A stretch of DNA of 64,000 nt from an uncultured Muriicola sp. GTDB lineage: Bacteria > Bacteroidota > Bacteroidia > Flavobacteriales > Flavobacteriaceae. Below the pieces are notes generated by a model. That model was not told the origin of the DNA. It did no database searches and was given only the letters and a program-made list of their open reading frames with translations. Within the stretch, counting starts at the first letter, position 1, and each line of letters starts with the position of its first letter. Positions 1-8,913 of this stretch are shown here, in pieces. Made by a program: the position numbers and the translations under genes. The stretch is from positions 63,688 to 127,687 of the forward strand of contig CAMYNV010000008.1 in assembly GCA_947259855.1 (NCBI GenBank), given 5' to 3'.

Positions 1-287
1 ATATCCTTCGGATGAAAAAAAACAACGCATCAATAGGGAGTGATGTCATTGAAATTATCCTGCGGATCTATCCACAACTCAATGTCGTTTGGCTGCTAAC
101 AGGGGAAGGAAGCATGCTTAAAACAGCGGAAAAACAAGAGCCTTTGGATTTCGATCAATTACCTGCACACAGACAGGAAGAAATTGAACAGATCATTGAA
201 CAAAAAATCAAGGAGCGCCAGGAACACGAACTAAAAAGACTTTTAAAAGAAGTGACGGAAGAGATAGAAAAAACTAAAAGAAAATAA
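1..287 (+). CDS. XRE-like helix-turn-helix protein, 5' end cut by the window edge (frame open from base 3)
   Basis: The frame of ORF 12..287 stays open back to base 3. SIGSDVIEIILRIYPQLNVVWLLTGEG aligns with PSLEFVMRVVKTFPEVNLYWLLNGKG of the 10293..10658 HTH protein. Charged tail QEEIEQIIEQKIKERQEHELKRLLKE. Confidence 0.5.
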   Translation, partial: ILRMKKNNASIGSDVIEIILRIYPQLNVVWLLTGEGSMLKTAEKQEPLDFDQLPAHRQEEIEQIIEQKIKERQEHELKRLLKEVTEEIEKTKRK

Positions 288-1523
288 TTAAAAATTGTTT
301 TTAAGATTTAATTGTTCGTCAATTTCATTTTCAAAATTCATTAAAATTTTAAGATATTGCTTGTTACTATTATTAGCGTACAGGATGTTTCCCTTAATTT
401 TTTCGTATTTTTTATAGAATTCCTTCATGGACACTTCATCATTGATTAGACTACCTATTACCTCCTCAATTTCTTCAATTAATTCATCATGATAATCAAA
501 CATGTGCGCACGAAATTTCATCATTTTCGATAGGCTCATTAAAATGAAAATTACCAGTACAATAATTGGGAATACATTTATATTTCCTTGGGAATCAATA
601 TAACTAATATCTTGAGCTGCTTCCCAAAATTGATATCCATATAAAATTATTGGCGATAAAATTGCAAATTTCCACCAATGGGGACTTGTTAAATACCATA
701 CAGTTAAAAATATAAGAACAATTAGTTTCCTAGAAATAAACCAGATATACAGAGAAACATCATTAAATCCATAACTTTTAATTGTATACCCTCCAATATT
801 AAGATATTGTAATCCATTTGGTACATAATAAGGAATAAACCAAATTATAATAGCCATTATCAAAATAATGGCTATTATGAATTCATTAAATTTACTTTGC
901 GATTTGATTGCCTTAACGTTGCCATATTTCTTTATCTCGTAAAATAATCTCAACTTAATGTTATAAATATTTTTAAGATATTGTTGAGTTGTGTAATTAT
1001 TTCTCTCTTTTCTAATTATAGATAATTTCTCGCTAATTACATCAAAGTGATTTTTGATTCCTGGATCAAAAAAAGATTTTATCGGTAAGCTAAAAAATCT
1101 TCTTCTATAAGTTTTAAAGAGTGTTTTATCTGCGAAAACTAAAAGAAAAACCGCGAGAAATAAAATTAATATTCCCATTTTAGAATTAATACCATTTTGA
1201 ATTGAAGTAAAATAATTAAGGGTAGTTAAAAACCCTATTATGTATAGGCAGATTAAGGGTATTAAAAAATACTTCCATCTATTTATGACAGTTAAATACA
1301 TTATTGTCAATAACCCCAAAGGGATCAAGAAATTAAGTAAGGACCAAATAAAAATTTCATTGTTAATAAATCCATGATAATATGTAAAATTAAAAAATTG
1401 AATAAAATTTTTTTCACGACTAAATAACAGATGTATATAAATAATAAATGGCAGCAAAATAACGGGAATCATTAAGCATATATCCCATTTATATTTGGTT
1501 TCCCATTTAGAATTTAAGCTCAT
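288..1523 (-). CDS. Polytopic membrane protein made of two copies of a ~200-aa module; function unknown
   Basis: 411-aa ATG-initiated ORF with many hydrophobic helices. Internal repeat (residues 48-94 vs 249-295), also shared with the ORF at 2494..3144. Very AT-rich. Confidence 0.6.
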   Translation of the reverse strand: MSLNSKWETKYKWDICLMIPVILLPFIIYIHLLFSREKNFIQFFNFTYYHGFINNEIFIWSLLNFLIPLGLLTIMYLTVINRWKYFLIPLICLYIIGFLTTLNYFTSIQNGINSKMGILILFLAVFLLVFADKTLFKTYRRRFFSLPIKSFFDPGIKNHFDVISEKLSIIRKERNNYTTQQYLKNIYNIKLRLFYEIKKYGNVKAIKSQSKFNEFIIAIILIMAIIIWFIPYYVPNGLQYLNIGGYTIKSYGFNDVSLYIWFISRKLIVLIFLTVWYLTSPHWWKFAILSPIILYGYQFWEAAQDISYIDSQGNINVFPIIVLVIFILMSLSKMMKFRAHMFDYHDELIEEIEEVIGSLINDEVSMKEFYKKYEKIKGNILYANNSNKQYLKILMNFENEIDEQLNLKNNF

Positions 1524-1652
1524 ATTTTTAATAATTTATAATTCATAAATATAACTACTAGTTATTTTTCGCAATAAAATTTAAAATAAGCTTAGCTTTT
1601 TATATATACTTTAGCGCTTCACTTTTAAACAATTTACAAAAATATTTTTGTT

Positions 1653-2069
1653 GTGCCGAAAATAATCTACACTAAGAGTGAAATTTCGCAAATCTCTAAA
1701 CAAATCCTGGAAAAAATACCTAGGACTATAATTGCCTTCTATGGTGAAATGGGTGCAGGAAAAACCACGTTAATAAAATCGTTGGTTAAAGAATTGGGTG
1801 GCACTGATGAGGTAAGCAGCCCTTCGTTTGGACTGGTCAATGAATATTTGTATCCCAATGGAGAATTGCTGGGCTACCATTTTGATTTTTATAGATTAAA
1901 CAACGAAACAGAGGCATTTGATATAGGTCTTGAAGAATATTTTAACCAGGATGTATGGATCTTTATAGAGTGGCCGGAAAAGATCGGAAATTTGTTGCCG
2001 GAGAATTGTACCAAGTTTCATATCAGAGTTGTGGACGAGCAGACGAGGGAACTAAAACTTCAAAATTAG
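1653..2069 (+). CDS. tsaE: tRNA threonylcarbamoyladenosine (t6A) biosynthesis ATPase TsaE
   Basis: 138 aa with P-loop GEMGAGKTT, and size and layout typical of TsaE/YjeE. GTG start. Confidence 0.85.
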   Translation: MPKIIYTKSEISQISKQILEKIPRTIIAFYGEMGAGKTTLIKSLVKELGGTDEVSSPSFGLVNEYLYPNGELLGYHFDFYRLNNETEAFDIGLEEYFNQDVWIFIEWPEKIGNLLPENCTKFHIRVVDEQTRELKLQN

Positions 2070-2245
2070 GACTGTAAGTGCTTTCTTACATTTATTTAAC
2101 CTCTTGAAAAGTCTCAAATTACCGATGAAGTACCTGTTTCTTCGTTAAAATGCATATTTTTTCCGTTTAAATGCATTATGTTTCCATCTTTTTTGTTATA
2201 TTTGAAATGAAAATGAATCCAACTCTTAATTAAAACCTTATTGCG

Positions 2246-2389
2246 ATGAACACTAAAAGAATCTTATTTGGCTTGGCAACAGTTCTTGTTTTAATGGCAG
2301 CGGCCTGTACTCCCAATACAGCGGAGGACGATCAGGTCTACGAACAAGGCGTAGATAAATCTAAAGTTATTATTCATAAATCGGATTAG
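2246..2389 (+). CDS. Small putative lipoprotein (47 aa), absent from the ORF track
   Basis: ATG ORF MNTKRILFGLATVLVLMAAACTPNTAEDDQVYEQGVDKSKVIIHKSD. Signal peptide plus lipobox-like LMAAAC. Followed by a strong hairpin terminator at 2431..2460. Confidence 0.4.
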   Translation: MNTKRILFGLATVLVLMAAACTPNTAEDDQVYEQGVDKSKVIIHKSD

Positions 2390-2430
2390 TCAAAAATATC
2401 TGATTAATTAATAGAATTTTCACTTATTAA

Positions 2431-2460
2431 AAAGGGCAACCAATAAATTGCCCTTTTTTA
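2431..2460 (+). terminator. Rho-independent terminator
   Basis: AAAGGGCAA-ccaataaa-TTGCCCTTT followed by TTTTA. Confidence 0.6.
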
Positions 2461-2493
2461 CGTTACAATCGTATATAAAAATGTACTGTTGTA

Positions 2494-3144
2494 ATGGCAA
2501 TAAACATTCTGAAGAAAAAACAAGCGAGGACAAGATTTTTTATTGAGTCTATTGCATTAATACTTATAGTATTATCTCCTTTTATCTTTAAGATACATCA
2601 ATACTTGCCTCATACGCCCGAAGCGACTTTTAGTCTTTTTGGCTACGAGATTGATCGCAATGGTTTTGCAGATGTGAGCACTTATGCATGGTTTTTATTA
2701 AATAAATTAATTCCTCTATACTTATTGACCATTTGGTTTTTTACCTGTAAGCACTGGTGGTATCATATTATTCTGATTCCGTTATGTATGTATGCCTTCC
2801 AAATTTTTGAAGTTATCTATTCGGAAGATCTATATGTGGATACGGAAAATGTTTTTTGGTTGTTACCCATATGTATGGTAATAATTCCCTTTGTATATTT
2901 AATTAGGGTAAAGCTTTATGACAAATATGTTCATGGGATTGACCTGGAAGCCATGGATGCGGAACTACAGTCGTACCGGGAAAAAGAACAGCTGAAACAA
3001 GAAAAGATTCAATCTTACAACACAGATACAGATAGCGAAGAAGAAAATGCAGATCTCTCCAAAGAGGCATCGAAAAGAACTTTATCAAAACTCTTTCATC
3101 AATTTCAGCATTCCTTAAAAAACCTCTTTAATTTTATGCTGTAA
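2494..3144 (+). CDS. Membrane protein, single-module paralog of the 288..1523 protein
   Basis: 216 aa. Residues 54-100 (DRNGFADVSTYAWFLLNKLIPLYLLTIWFFTCKHWWYHIILIPLCMY) align without gaps to both halves of the 411-aa protein. Charged C-terminal tail. Confidence 0.65.
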   Translation: MAINILKKKQARTRFFIESIALILIVLSPFIFKIHQYLPHTPEATFSLFGYEIDRNGFADVSTYAWFLLNKLIPLYLLTIWFFTCKHWWYHIILIPLCMYAFQIFEVIYSEDLYVDTENVFWLLPICMVIIPFVYLIRVKLYDKYVHGIDLEAMDAELQSYREKEQLKQEKIQSYNTDTDSEEENADLSKEASKRTLSKLFHQFQHSLKNLFNFML

Positions 3145-3329
3145 AATAGCAACGGAAGATCTGGCTGGCTATTCTATTTATTAAAATCATCGTACTTCTT
3201 ATTGCAGTACTGTTATACAAGCCTCTAAATTCTTTATAATTTAGTACCGGCTGTGATACGCCCGGACTATTCCCTAAAAAGTTGTAATTTTGAAGGAAGC
3301 CATGTTATATGACTTTAGCCTAACCCACT

Positions 3330-4529
3330 ATGAACCAACCATCTTCGCCCTTTAGCAAACAAGAGCTGCTGCCCCAGGAAGAAACCCTGGAGGTATTAAA
3401 GCAAAAAGGAGAACTTTTTATAGGGATTCCCAAGGAAAATCAATTCCAGGAAAAACGAATCTGTTTAACCCCAGATGCCGTTAACGCCCTAACGGCCAAC
3501 GGACACCGGGTAATGATAGAATCAGGGGCCGGAGAAGGGGCCAGTTTTACAGATGTTGATTATACCGATGCAGGAGCCACTATTACCCGTGATACTAAAA
3601 AAGTTTTTTCCTGTCCCATCCTGTTAAAAGTAGAACCTCCTACCCTTTCGGAGATACAAGATATAAATCCGCAGACCACGATCATCTCGGCGCTGCAAAT
3701 AAAGACCCAGGCCAAAGCCTATTTTGAGGAACTCGCTAAAAAGAGGATCACGGCCATCGCTTTTGAATTTATTCGCGATGAGTCAGGTGCCTATCCTGCC
3801 GTGCGTTCGTTGAGCGAAATAGCGGGAATTTCAGCTGTGCTTATTGCCGCCGAAATCATGGCAGCCCCCAACCAGGGAAATGGCCTGATGTTCGGGAACA
3901 TTACCGGGGTTCCGCCTGTAGAGGTTGTGATCCTTGGGGCCGGGACAGTGGGCGAATTTGCCGCGCGTTCTTCCCTTGGACTTGGAGCCAATGTGAAAAT
4001 ATTTGACAACTCCATTACCAAATTACGCACCGTACAGAATAACCTGAATGAAATTGTTTATACGTCTACCCTACAACCAAAAAATTTAATCAAATCCCTT
4101 AAACGCTGTGATGTTGCCATTGGGGCCATGCGCGGCAGGGACAGATCTCCGGTGGTGGTTACCCAAACCATGGTAGAGAATATGAAGAAAGGATCTGTCA
4201 TTATTGATGTAAGTATTGATATGGGCGGATGTTTCGAAACCAGTGAAATAACCACCCATGACAAACCCGTGATCAACAAATTTGGCGTTTTCCATTATGG
4301 GGTACCTAATATCCCGGCCCGATATCCCAAAACCTCTTCGGTTTCTATCAGCAACATATTTACCCCCTACCTTCTTAAAATTGGAGAAGATGGCGGCCTT
4401 GAAAATTCCTTGCGTTTCGACAAAGGCCTGCGGAACGGCCTGTACCTGTATCATGGGATCCTCACAAACAAAACAGTGGGTGATTGGTTCGATTTAAAGT
4501 ACAGCGATATCAACTTCCTTATTTTTTAA
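3330..4529 (+). CDS. ald: Alanine dehydrogenase family (NAD-dependent)
   Basis: 399 aa. N-terminal KENQFQEKRICLTPDAV...GHRVMIESGAGEGASFTD and Rossmann VVILGAGTVGEFAA typical of the AlaDH/PNT family. Confidence 0.8.
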   Translation: MNQPSSPFSKQELLPQEETLEVLKQKGELFIGIPKENQFQEKRICLTPDAVNALTANGHRVMIESGAGEGASFTDVDYTDAGATITRDTKKVFSCPILLKVEPPTLSEIQDINPQTTIISALQIKTQAKAYFEELAKKRITAIAFEFIRDESGAYPAVRSLSEIAGISAVLIAAEIMAAPNQGNGLMFGNITGVPPVEVVILGAGTVGEFAARSSLGLGANVKIFDNSITKLRTVQNNLNEIVYTSTLQPKNLIKSLKRCDVAIGAMRGRDRSPVVVTQTMVENMKKGSVIIDVSIDMGGCFETSEITTHDKPVINKFGVFHYGVPNIPARYPKTSSVSISNIFTPYLLKIGEDGGLENSLRFDKGLRNGLYLYHGILTNKTVGDWFDLKYSDINFLIF

Positions 4530-4530
4530 G

Positions 4531-4920
4531 ATGCCATTTCTAAAGCGCTTAGGATTTTATCTGATAGGACTGGCCCTGGGCCTGGTTTTCCTGACTTTTG
4601 TGTTGAAAAAAAAGACCGCGCAAACCGGTACGGAATTCTGTTATTTCCCTAATTGCAGGGTATTGAAGGATCTCCGATCCAAACCCATTGTGTTTTCAGA
4701 CAGTCTTGATGCCCTGATTGCGGAACGGGAACTAGATTCGGCAGAGATCCACTATTTCTTACGAGAGGGATCGATCGATTTCAGCAAGAGCGACACACGA
4801 TCCAAACCCTGTACCTCCTATCTTATTGAGAGCGAACTCAAAGGACGCGAAGCCAACATGCACATTGATAATTGTGATTCAATTGTTCGTGTAATGGCGC
4901 TTACCTATGTTTTAGATTAA
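4531..4920 (+). CDS. Membrane-anchored hypothetical protein (possibly DUF4258-like)
   Basis: 129 aa with an N-terminal TM helix (LGFYLIGLALGLVFLTFVL). Starts 1 nt after the ald stop, so probably co-transcribed. Confidence 0.55.
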   Translation: MPFLKRLGFYLIGLALGLVFLTFVLKKKTAQTGTEFCYFPNCRVLKDLRSKPIVFSDSLDALIAERELDSAEIHYFLREGSIDFSKSDTRSKPCTSYLIESELKGREANMHIDNCDSIVRVMALTYVLD

Positions 4921-4993
4921 CTATTCGATTCCAATGCGCTGAAAGTGCCTTATAACAGAAGGTCCAGCTGTTTGCAACTTGAAATTACGCAGA

Positions 4994-6175
4994 CTATAAT
5001 TTCCTTCTTTTGCGCTCTTTTTTAATCAATTCAAGCTCCCTGTTCGTTTGTCCTGCAACCGAAGTGTTTTCTTCTGCCCGGCGTATCAAGTAGGGCATTA
5101 CATCCCTGACCGGACCAAAAGGAAGGTACTTGGCAACATTATAACCGGCGGCGGCCATGTTAAAAGAAATATGGTCGCTCATCCCATATAATTGACCAAA
5201 CCAAATTCTTGGATCGTTATGGGGAATCTTCTTTTCATCCATCAACTGCATTAGCTGGTACGAACTTTCTTCATTATGGGTACCTGCAAAAATCGAGATC
5301 GAATCCAAATGTTCCAGCATATAGGAAACTGCCCTGTCAAAGTTTTGGTCGGTTTCTTTCTTTGAAGAACAAATAGGCGATTTATACCCTAATTCTTCGG
5401 CGCGTTCATTCTCTTTTTCCAAGTATGCCCCGCGTACGGCCTTAATTCCAATTTTAAAACCTTCCTTAGCTGCCTTTTTCTGAAGCTTTTTTAAATAATC
5501 CATTCGGTCCCATCGGTATAACTGAATGGTATTAAATACAATTGCCTTTTTCTTGTTGTACTTTATCATCATCTGCTCTACCAAGTCATCTGCAGCATCT
5601 TGCATCCAACTTTCTTCGGCATCTATTAATAAAGGAACATCCAGATCATGGGCCTTCCTGCAGGTCTCCTCAAACCGGTTTACCACCCGTTGCCATTCCT
5701 CTTGCTCCAGGGTAGTTAATGGTTCCCCTGCACCTATTTTCACAAAGAGATTAAATCTGCCATACCCCGTAGGTTTAAATACGGCAAAAGGGATCGCATC
5801 CTTTTCTTTTACAAAATCTAAAATTTTCAAAGTTACAGCCAGGGCATGGTCCAACGGATCTTCCGTATCCTTTCCTTCAACAGAGTAATCCAGTATGCCG
5901 CTCACCCCTTTTTTCCATAGTTTATCAACCACCGGCATACAATCAACTTCATTTACTCCGCCACAAAAGTGATCGAAAACCGTGGCCCTTATAAGGCCTT
6001 CGACCGGTAAATTGGTTTTAATGGCAAAGTTGGTGACCGCTGTTCCAATGCGCACCAGGGGTTGATTTGCTATTAACTTGAATAAAAAATAAGCCCGCTC
6101 CAACTCAGCATCCGTTTTTATGGCAAATGCCGTTGCAGTATTCTCAAAAATTCGTTTCATTTTTGGTAAATTCAT
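4994..6175 (-). CDS. Proline dehydrogenase family protein
   Basis: 393 aa with length and sequence pattern of stand-alone bacterial PutA-type proline dehydrogenase domains (TIM-barrel, C-terminal RRAEENTS motif). Alternative start at 6160. Confidence 0.75.
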   Translation of the reverse strand: MNLPKMKRIFENTATAFAIKTDAELERAYFLFKLIANQPLVRIGTAVTNFAIKTNLPVEGLIRATVFDHFCGGVNEVDCMPVVDKLWKKGVSGILDYSVEGKDTEDPLDHALAVTLKILDFVKEKDAIPFAVFKPTGYGRFNLFVKIGAGEPLTTLEQEEWQRVVNRFEETCRKAHDLDVPLLIDAEESWMQDAADDLVEQMMIKYNKKKAIVFNTIQLYRWDRMDYLKKLQKKAAKEGFKIGIKAVRGAYLEKENERAEELGYKSPICSSKKETDQNFDRAVSYMLEHLDSISIFAGTHNEESSYQLMQLMDEKKIPHNDPRIWFGQLYGMSDHISFNMAAAGYNVAKYLPFGPVRDVMPYLIRRAEENTSVAGQTNRELELIKKERKRRKL

Positions 6176-6267
6176 AAAGCATCAAATATAATGACAGAAT
6201 TTCTAATCGATTGCTAAAAATTAACCTTTAATTTGTGCCACAGAATTTCTAATTATTACTCGTTTTC

Positions 6268-7329
6268 ATGGAATCTATTATTACTCCTGACTATACAATA
6301 CATTTTAATGATACTGCATATGGCCAGATAAATCAGCATCTGAAGCAGCGTAATTATTCTAAAATATTTATTCTAGTAGACGAGAATACACACCAACATT
6401 GTTTGCCTAAATTCATGGCTGAAATAAATAAGACCTATGACATCGAAATTATTGAGATTGAAGCCGGTGAAGTCAATAAGAACATAGATACCTGTGTTCA
6501 GGTATGGAAGGTATTGTCCGAATTGGATGCAGACCGGAAAAGCCTGTTGATTAACCTGGGAGGTGGGGTGATCAGTGATCTCGGCGGATTTGTTGCTTCC
6601 ACCTTTAAACGAGGGATGGCCTTCATTAATGTACCTACTACCCTATTGGCTATGGTAGACGCATCTATTGGAGGTAAAACGGGTGTAGATCTGGGAATAT
6701 TAAAGAACCAGGTCGGCGTTATTAATCAGCCTTTAATGGTCCTTGTGGTGGTCGAGTTTTTAGATACCCTGGATAAACGTCAGGTACGCAGCGGGTTTGC
6801 TGAAATGTTAAAACATGGCCTGATCATAGACCAGTCTTATTGGAATACTTTAAAACAACTCACATCGCTCGAAAAATTAGATACCTATATACCAGGATCG
6901 ATACAAATTAAAAACAACATCGTGTTGCAAGATCCTTACGAGCACGATCTAAGAAAAATACTCAATTTTGGACATACCTTAGGGCATGCCATTGAATCTT
7001 ACTTTTTGGAAACCTATCCTGAAAAATCCCTATTACATGGGGAGGCCATTGCTGTGGGGATGGTATTGGAAGCTTATCTTTCCAGCAAGATAGCTGGTTT
7101 GGGAGTGCACCAGTTAACCGATATCAAAAACACCTTCCTGGAGCGATTTAAAAAAGTAAACTTTACCGAAGATGATATACAGGGTATTTTAGAACTGTTG
7201 AAATATGATAAAAAGAATTCCCATGGGTTCATCAATTTTGCCTTGCTAAAAAGGATTGGAGAGACCCTTATTGATCAGCGCGCACCCCATTCCATGTTCG
7301 TGGACGCTTTCGCATACTACAAGGAATAA
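6268..7329 (+). CDS. aroB: 3-dehydroquinate synthase
   Basis: 353 aa. GGGVISDLGGFVASTFKRGMAFINVPTTLLAMVDASIGGKTGVD is the family nucleotide/metal-binding signature. Confidence 0.9.
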   Translation: MESIITPDYTIHFNDTAYGQINQHLKQRNYSKIFILVDENTHQHCLPKFMAEINKTYDIEIIEIEAGEVNKNIDTCVQVWKVLSELDADRKSLLINLGGGVISDLGGFVASTFKRGMAFINVPTTLLAMVDASIGGKTGVDLGILKNQVGVINQPLMVLVVVEFLDTLDKRQVRSGFAEMLKHGLIIDQSYWNTLKQLTSLEKLDTYIPGSIQIKNNIVLQDPYEHDLRKILNFGHTLGHAIESYFLETYPEKSLLHGEAIAVGMVLEAYLSSKIAGLGVHQLTDIKNTFLERFKKVNFTEDDIQGILELLKYDKKNSHGFINFALLKRIGETLIDQRAPHSMFVDAFAYYKE

Positions 7330-7446
7330 GGCCTACATGTACTAAAAATAGCATTTGACAACTCTTTCCTATTTTCATTTAAAAAAAATTCTAGATTAGG
7401 TTTCATATTAACACATTCCTTACGAAAAGGAAAAAATGACCAGCCT

Positions 7447-7767
7447 ATGAAACGAATTCTAATTGATTACAAAAAGTTAGATCATGAGCTAACGGCACTG
7501 CTTATCGATGCATATCCAAATGGATATGGCGATGAAGATATTGTGGCCTTTAAAAACCATAAAGGCGAATTTATTGAAGCTGTGGAACTAAGGACTGAAG
7601 ACTCCTTATACCTTGTTAAGATCAGCCAAAGTTTATCGCATTTCATTGCCAATTTTGACGATACCATTGAGAATGAACTTAAAGCTGTTGAAGGTGATGT
7701 CCATGAAGAAACTGAACTGGAATTAAATCTGGAAACTGAGTTGGAGGGCGAAGAGGATCTTGATTAA
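7447..7767 (+). CDS. Small acidic hypothetical protein
   Basis: 106-aa ATG ORF with a strongly acidic C-terminus (EETELELNLETELEGEEDLD). No recognisable motif. Confidence 0.5.
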   Translation: MKRILIDYKKLDHELTALLIDAYPNGYGDEDIVAFKNHKGEFIEAVELRTEDSLYLVKISQSLSHFIANFDDTIENELKAVEGDVHEETELELNLETELEGEEDLD

Positions 7768-8285
7768 ACTTTTAAATAGCGTTCTCTAATAATATTTCGG
7801 TGATGTTTTTGGTGCCCGCACATTATAAATCCCAAGGCAGCCACGCTCATGGGTGAATTACTGGCAATTCCTTTTCGTTTCAGAATGGTCTCATCAAAAG
7901 TTTCATAGAGTGCAATGGTCGATTTACGTACCGCCTTATATTCCTTTATTATTTCATCAATACTTCTAGAATTCGCTCCTGAAAATGGGACGTAAACATT
8001 TTGATCAAAGCCAGGCAATGGGGTTTTATCATTTCTTGCAAATCGGAGTGCCCGGTATTGAAAAACGCGTTCGGAATCTAAAACATGAACAAGAATTTCG
8101 GCAATGGTCCATTTCCCCTTGGCATAAGTGTACGTTAGTTTGTCCTCCGGAATACTGGCCAAAAACTGTGGGTAATTATGAACCTGGCTTTTCAAGGAAT
8201 TTAAAAGGTCTACTTCTCCCAAAGCCTCAATATAAGGCTTATAGTACGGATTAAATTCGTGATCTTTAAGATCGGAAGTTTTCAT
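7764..8285 (-). CDS. DinB-family metal-dependent hydrolase-like protein
   Basis: 173 aa. His triad context (EILVHVLDSERV ... GHQKHHRNII) typical of the DinB/YfiT four-helix-bundle superfamily. Confidence 0.7.
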   Translation of the reverse strand: MKTSDLKDHEFNPYYKPYIEALGEVDLLNSLKSQVHNYPQFLASIPEDKLTYTYAKGKWTIAEILVHVLDSERVFQYRALRFARNDKTPLPGFDQNVYVPFSGANSRSIDEIIKEYKAVRKSTIALYETFDETILKRKGIASNSPMSVAALGFIMCGHQKHHRNIIRERYLKV

Positions 8286-8336
8286 GGTCTAGTGGCCACC
8301 CTTAAGAATATTAAGGAGTGTTTTATATGAAATAGA

Positions 8337-8807
8337 TTACAATTCATTGAAAATCATATGCATTAAGCGTTTTTTATCATTGATGCTCTCTTCCAATGAG
8401 ATCATGGTTTCTGTTCTGCTGATGCCTTCAATATCATCGATCTTAAAAATTATATTCTTGGCGTGATTGGTGTCTTTCGCACGTATCTTACAAAAAATAT
8501 TGAATTTCCCTGTTGTAATATGGGCAACCGTTACATTTGGTATTTCATTTAGCCGCTCTAGAACAAATTTAGTTTGATGCGTTTTTTTACCGACGTAGGC
8601 AATAAATGAATATCCCAGTTTTACATAGTCTAAGGTAAGCGAGGATCCTCTTATTATGCCGGCCTCTTCCATTTTCTTAACCCTAACATGTACCGTACCT
8701 GCAGATATTAGTAATTTTTTGGCGATATCGGTAAAAGGTGTCCTGGTATTGTCTATTAACATATCCAGAATCTGATGGTCTATTTCGTCTAATTTAACTT
8801 TGCCCAT
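8337..8807 (-). CDS. Lrp/AsnC-family transcriptional regulator
   Basis: MGKVKLDEIDHQILDMLIDNTRTPFTDIAKKLLISAGTVHVRVKKMEEAGII is the classic AsnC HTH, followed by a RAM ligand domain. ATG at 8807 preferred over the track start at 8837. Confidence 0.85.
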   Translation of the reverse strand: MGKVKLDEIDHQILDMLIDNTRTPFTDIAKKLLISAGTVHVRVKKMEEAGIIRGSSLTLDYVKLGYSFIAYVGKKTHQTKFVLERLNEIPNVTVAHITTGKFNIFCKIRAKDTNHAKNIIFKIDDIEGISRTETMISLEESINDKKRLMHMIFNEL

Positions 8808-8913
8808 TGTTATAGAAATTTTGACAAAAATAAACATTTAAGAAAATAAATGTAAAAAATATGTGGTTTTTTTGAAATATGTGTAAAAGTTATCCGCTTT
8901 TACCCCATTAATA

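Noticed and set aside
3791-4497. Four overlapping ORFs (3791..4030, 4058..4279, 4086..4454, 4282..4497) inside the alanine dehydrogenase gene.
   Set aside because: They are shadow frames of a slightly GC-richer, well-supported gene, with no motifs and no independent start or terminator signals.
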